DNA from: Leucoraja ocellata
Taxonomy: Eukaryota
Direction: 5' to 3'
Length of the DNA: 64,000 nucleotides
NCBI GenBank assembly: GCA_036785375.1
Contig: JAWMAR010002091.1
Location: forward strand, 62,001 to 126,000
The translations under genes and the position numbers were made by a program. The notes beneath the pieces were generated by a model, which worked only from the letters and a program-made list of their open reading frames with translations, searched no databases and was not told the origin of the DNA. Below are positions 63,850 through 64,000 of the stretch, in pieces. Every line of letters begins with the position of its first letter. Positions within the stretch are counted from its first letter, which is position 1.

Positions 63850-64000
63850 GGATTGTTCCTGATGTTGGGGTAGATTGTTCCCGATGTTGGGGAAGATTGT
63901 TCTCGATGTTGGGGAAGTCCAGAACAAGGGTCACAGTTTAAGAATAAGGGGAAAGTCTTTTAGGATTGAGATGAGAAAAAAAATGTTCACACAGATAGTG
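63850..64000 (+). mobile_element. CR1 3' fragment with a local 22-bp triplication (GATTGTTCCCGATGTTGGGG)
   Basis: Matches CR1 copies elsewhere in the window. Confidence 0.75.

Larger units (their letters stand above)
57985..63850 (-). mobile_element. Penelope-like element (57985-58968 plus 63704-63850) split by the DIRS insertion
   Basis: GIY-YIG ORF 58079-58486 (NLIYCIRCFRCGFLYTGKTKRR); RT remnant resumes after 63703 (PFPDLTVTITGD). Confidence 0.8.

Overview
Eukaryotic, repeat-dense genomic DNA from a cartilaginous fish, most likely a skate or ray (inferred from the Ig cluster organisation and repeat families). The only host gene I can support is a complete, apparently intact, unrearranged IgM heavy-chain minilocus on the minus strand (42758->28375). 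It comprises leader, VH, a single D, JH, Cmu1-Cmu4 with secretory tail, TM1 and TM2. All splice phases are compatible and the RSSs read V-22 / 12-D-12 / 23-J. Most of the flanking DNA is retroelement-derived: CR1/HER1-type, Rex1/Babar, Tx1 and HERO-like LINEs, Penelope-like elements, V-SINEs, a solo LTR, a hAT MITE, a Helitron end and DIRS tyrosine-recombinase retrotransposons, often nested. Highlights: (1) a DIRS element (58969-63703) has perfectly complementary termini and ICR but ruined ORFs, and carries a U1 snRNA-derived segment replacing part of gag, at the position where a second DIRS copy has a 22-bp tandem expansion; (2) the J-Cmu intron has an inverted duplication whose octamer/E-box/CRE core is 37/38 identical, a candidate intronic enhancer; (3) the cluster has one D and a Trp41->Leu VH; (4) a near full-length antisense LINE lies in the probable membrane-IgM 3' UTR. 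Four N-gaps limit what can be seen. Repeat family assignments come from motif recognition only, and many repeat boundaries are approximate.
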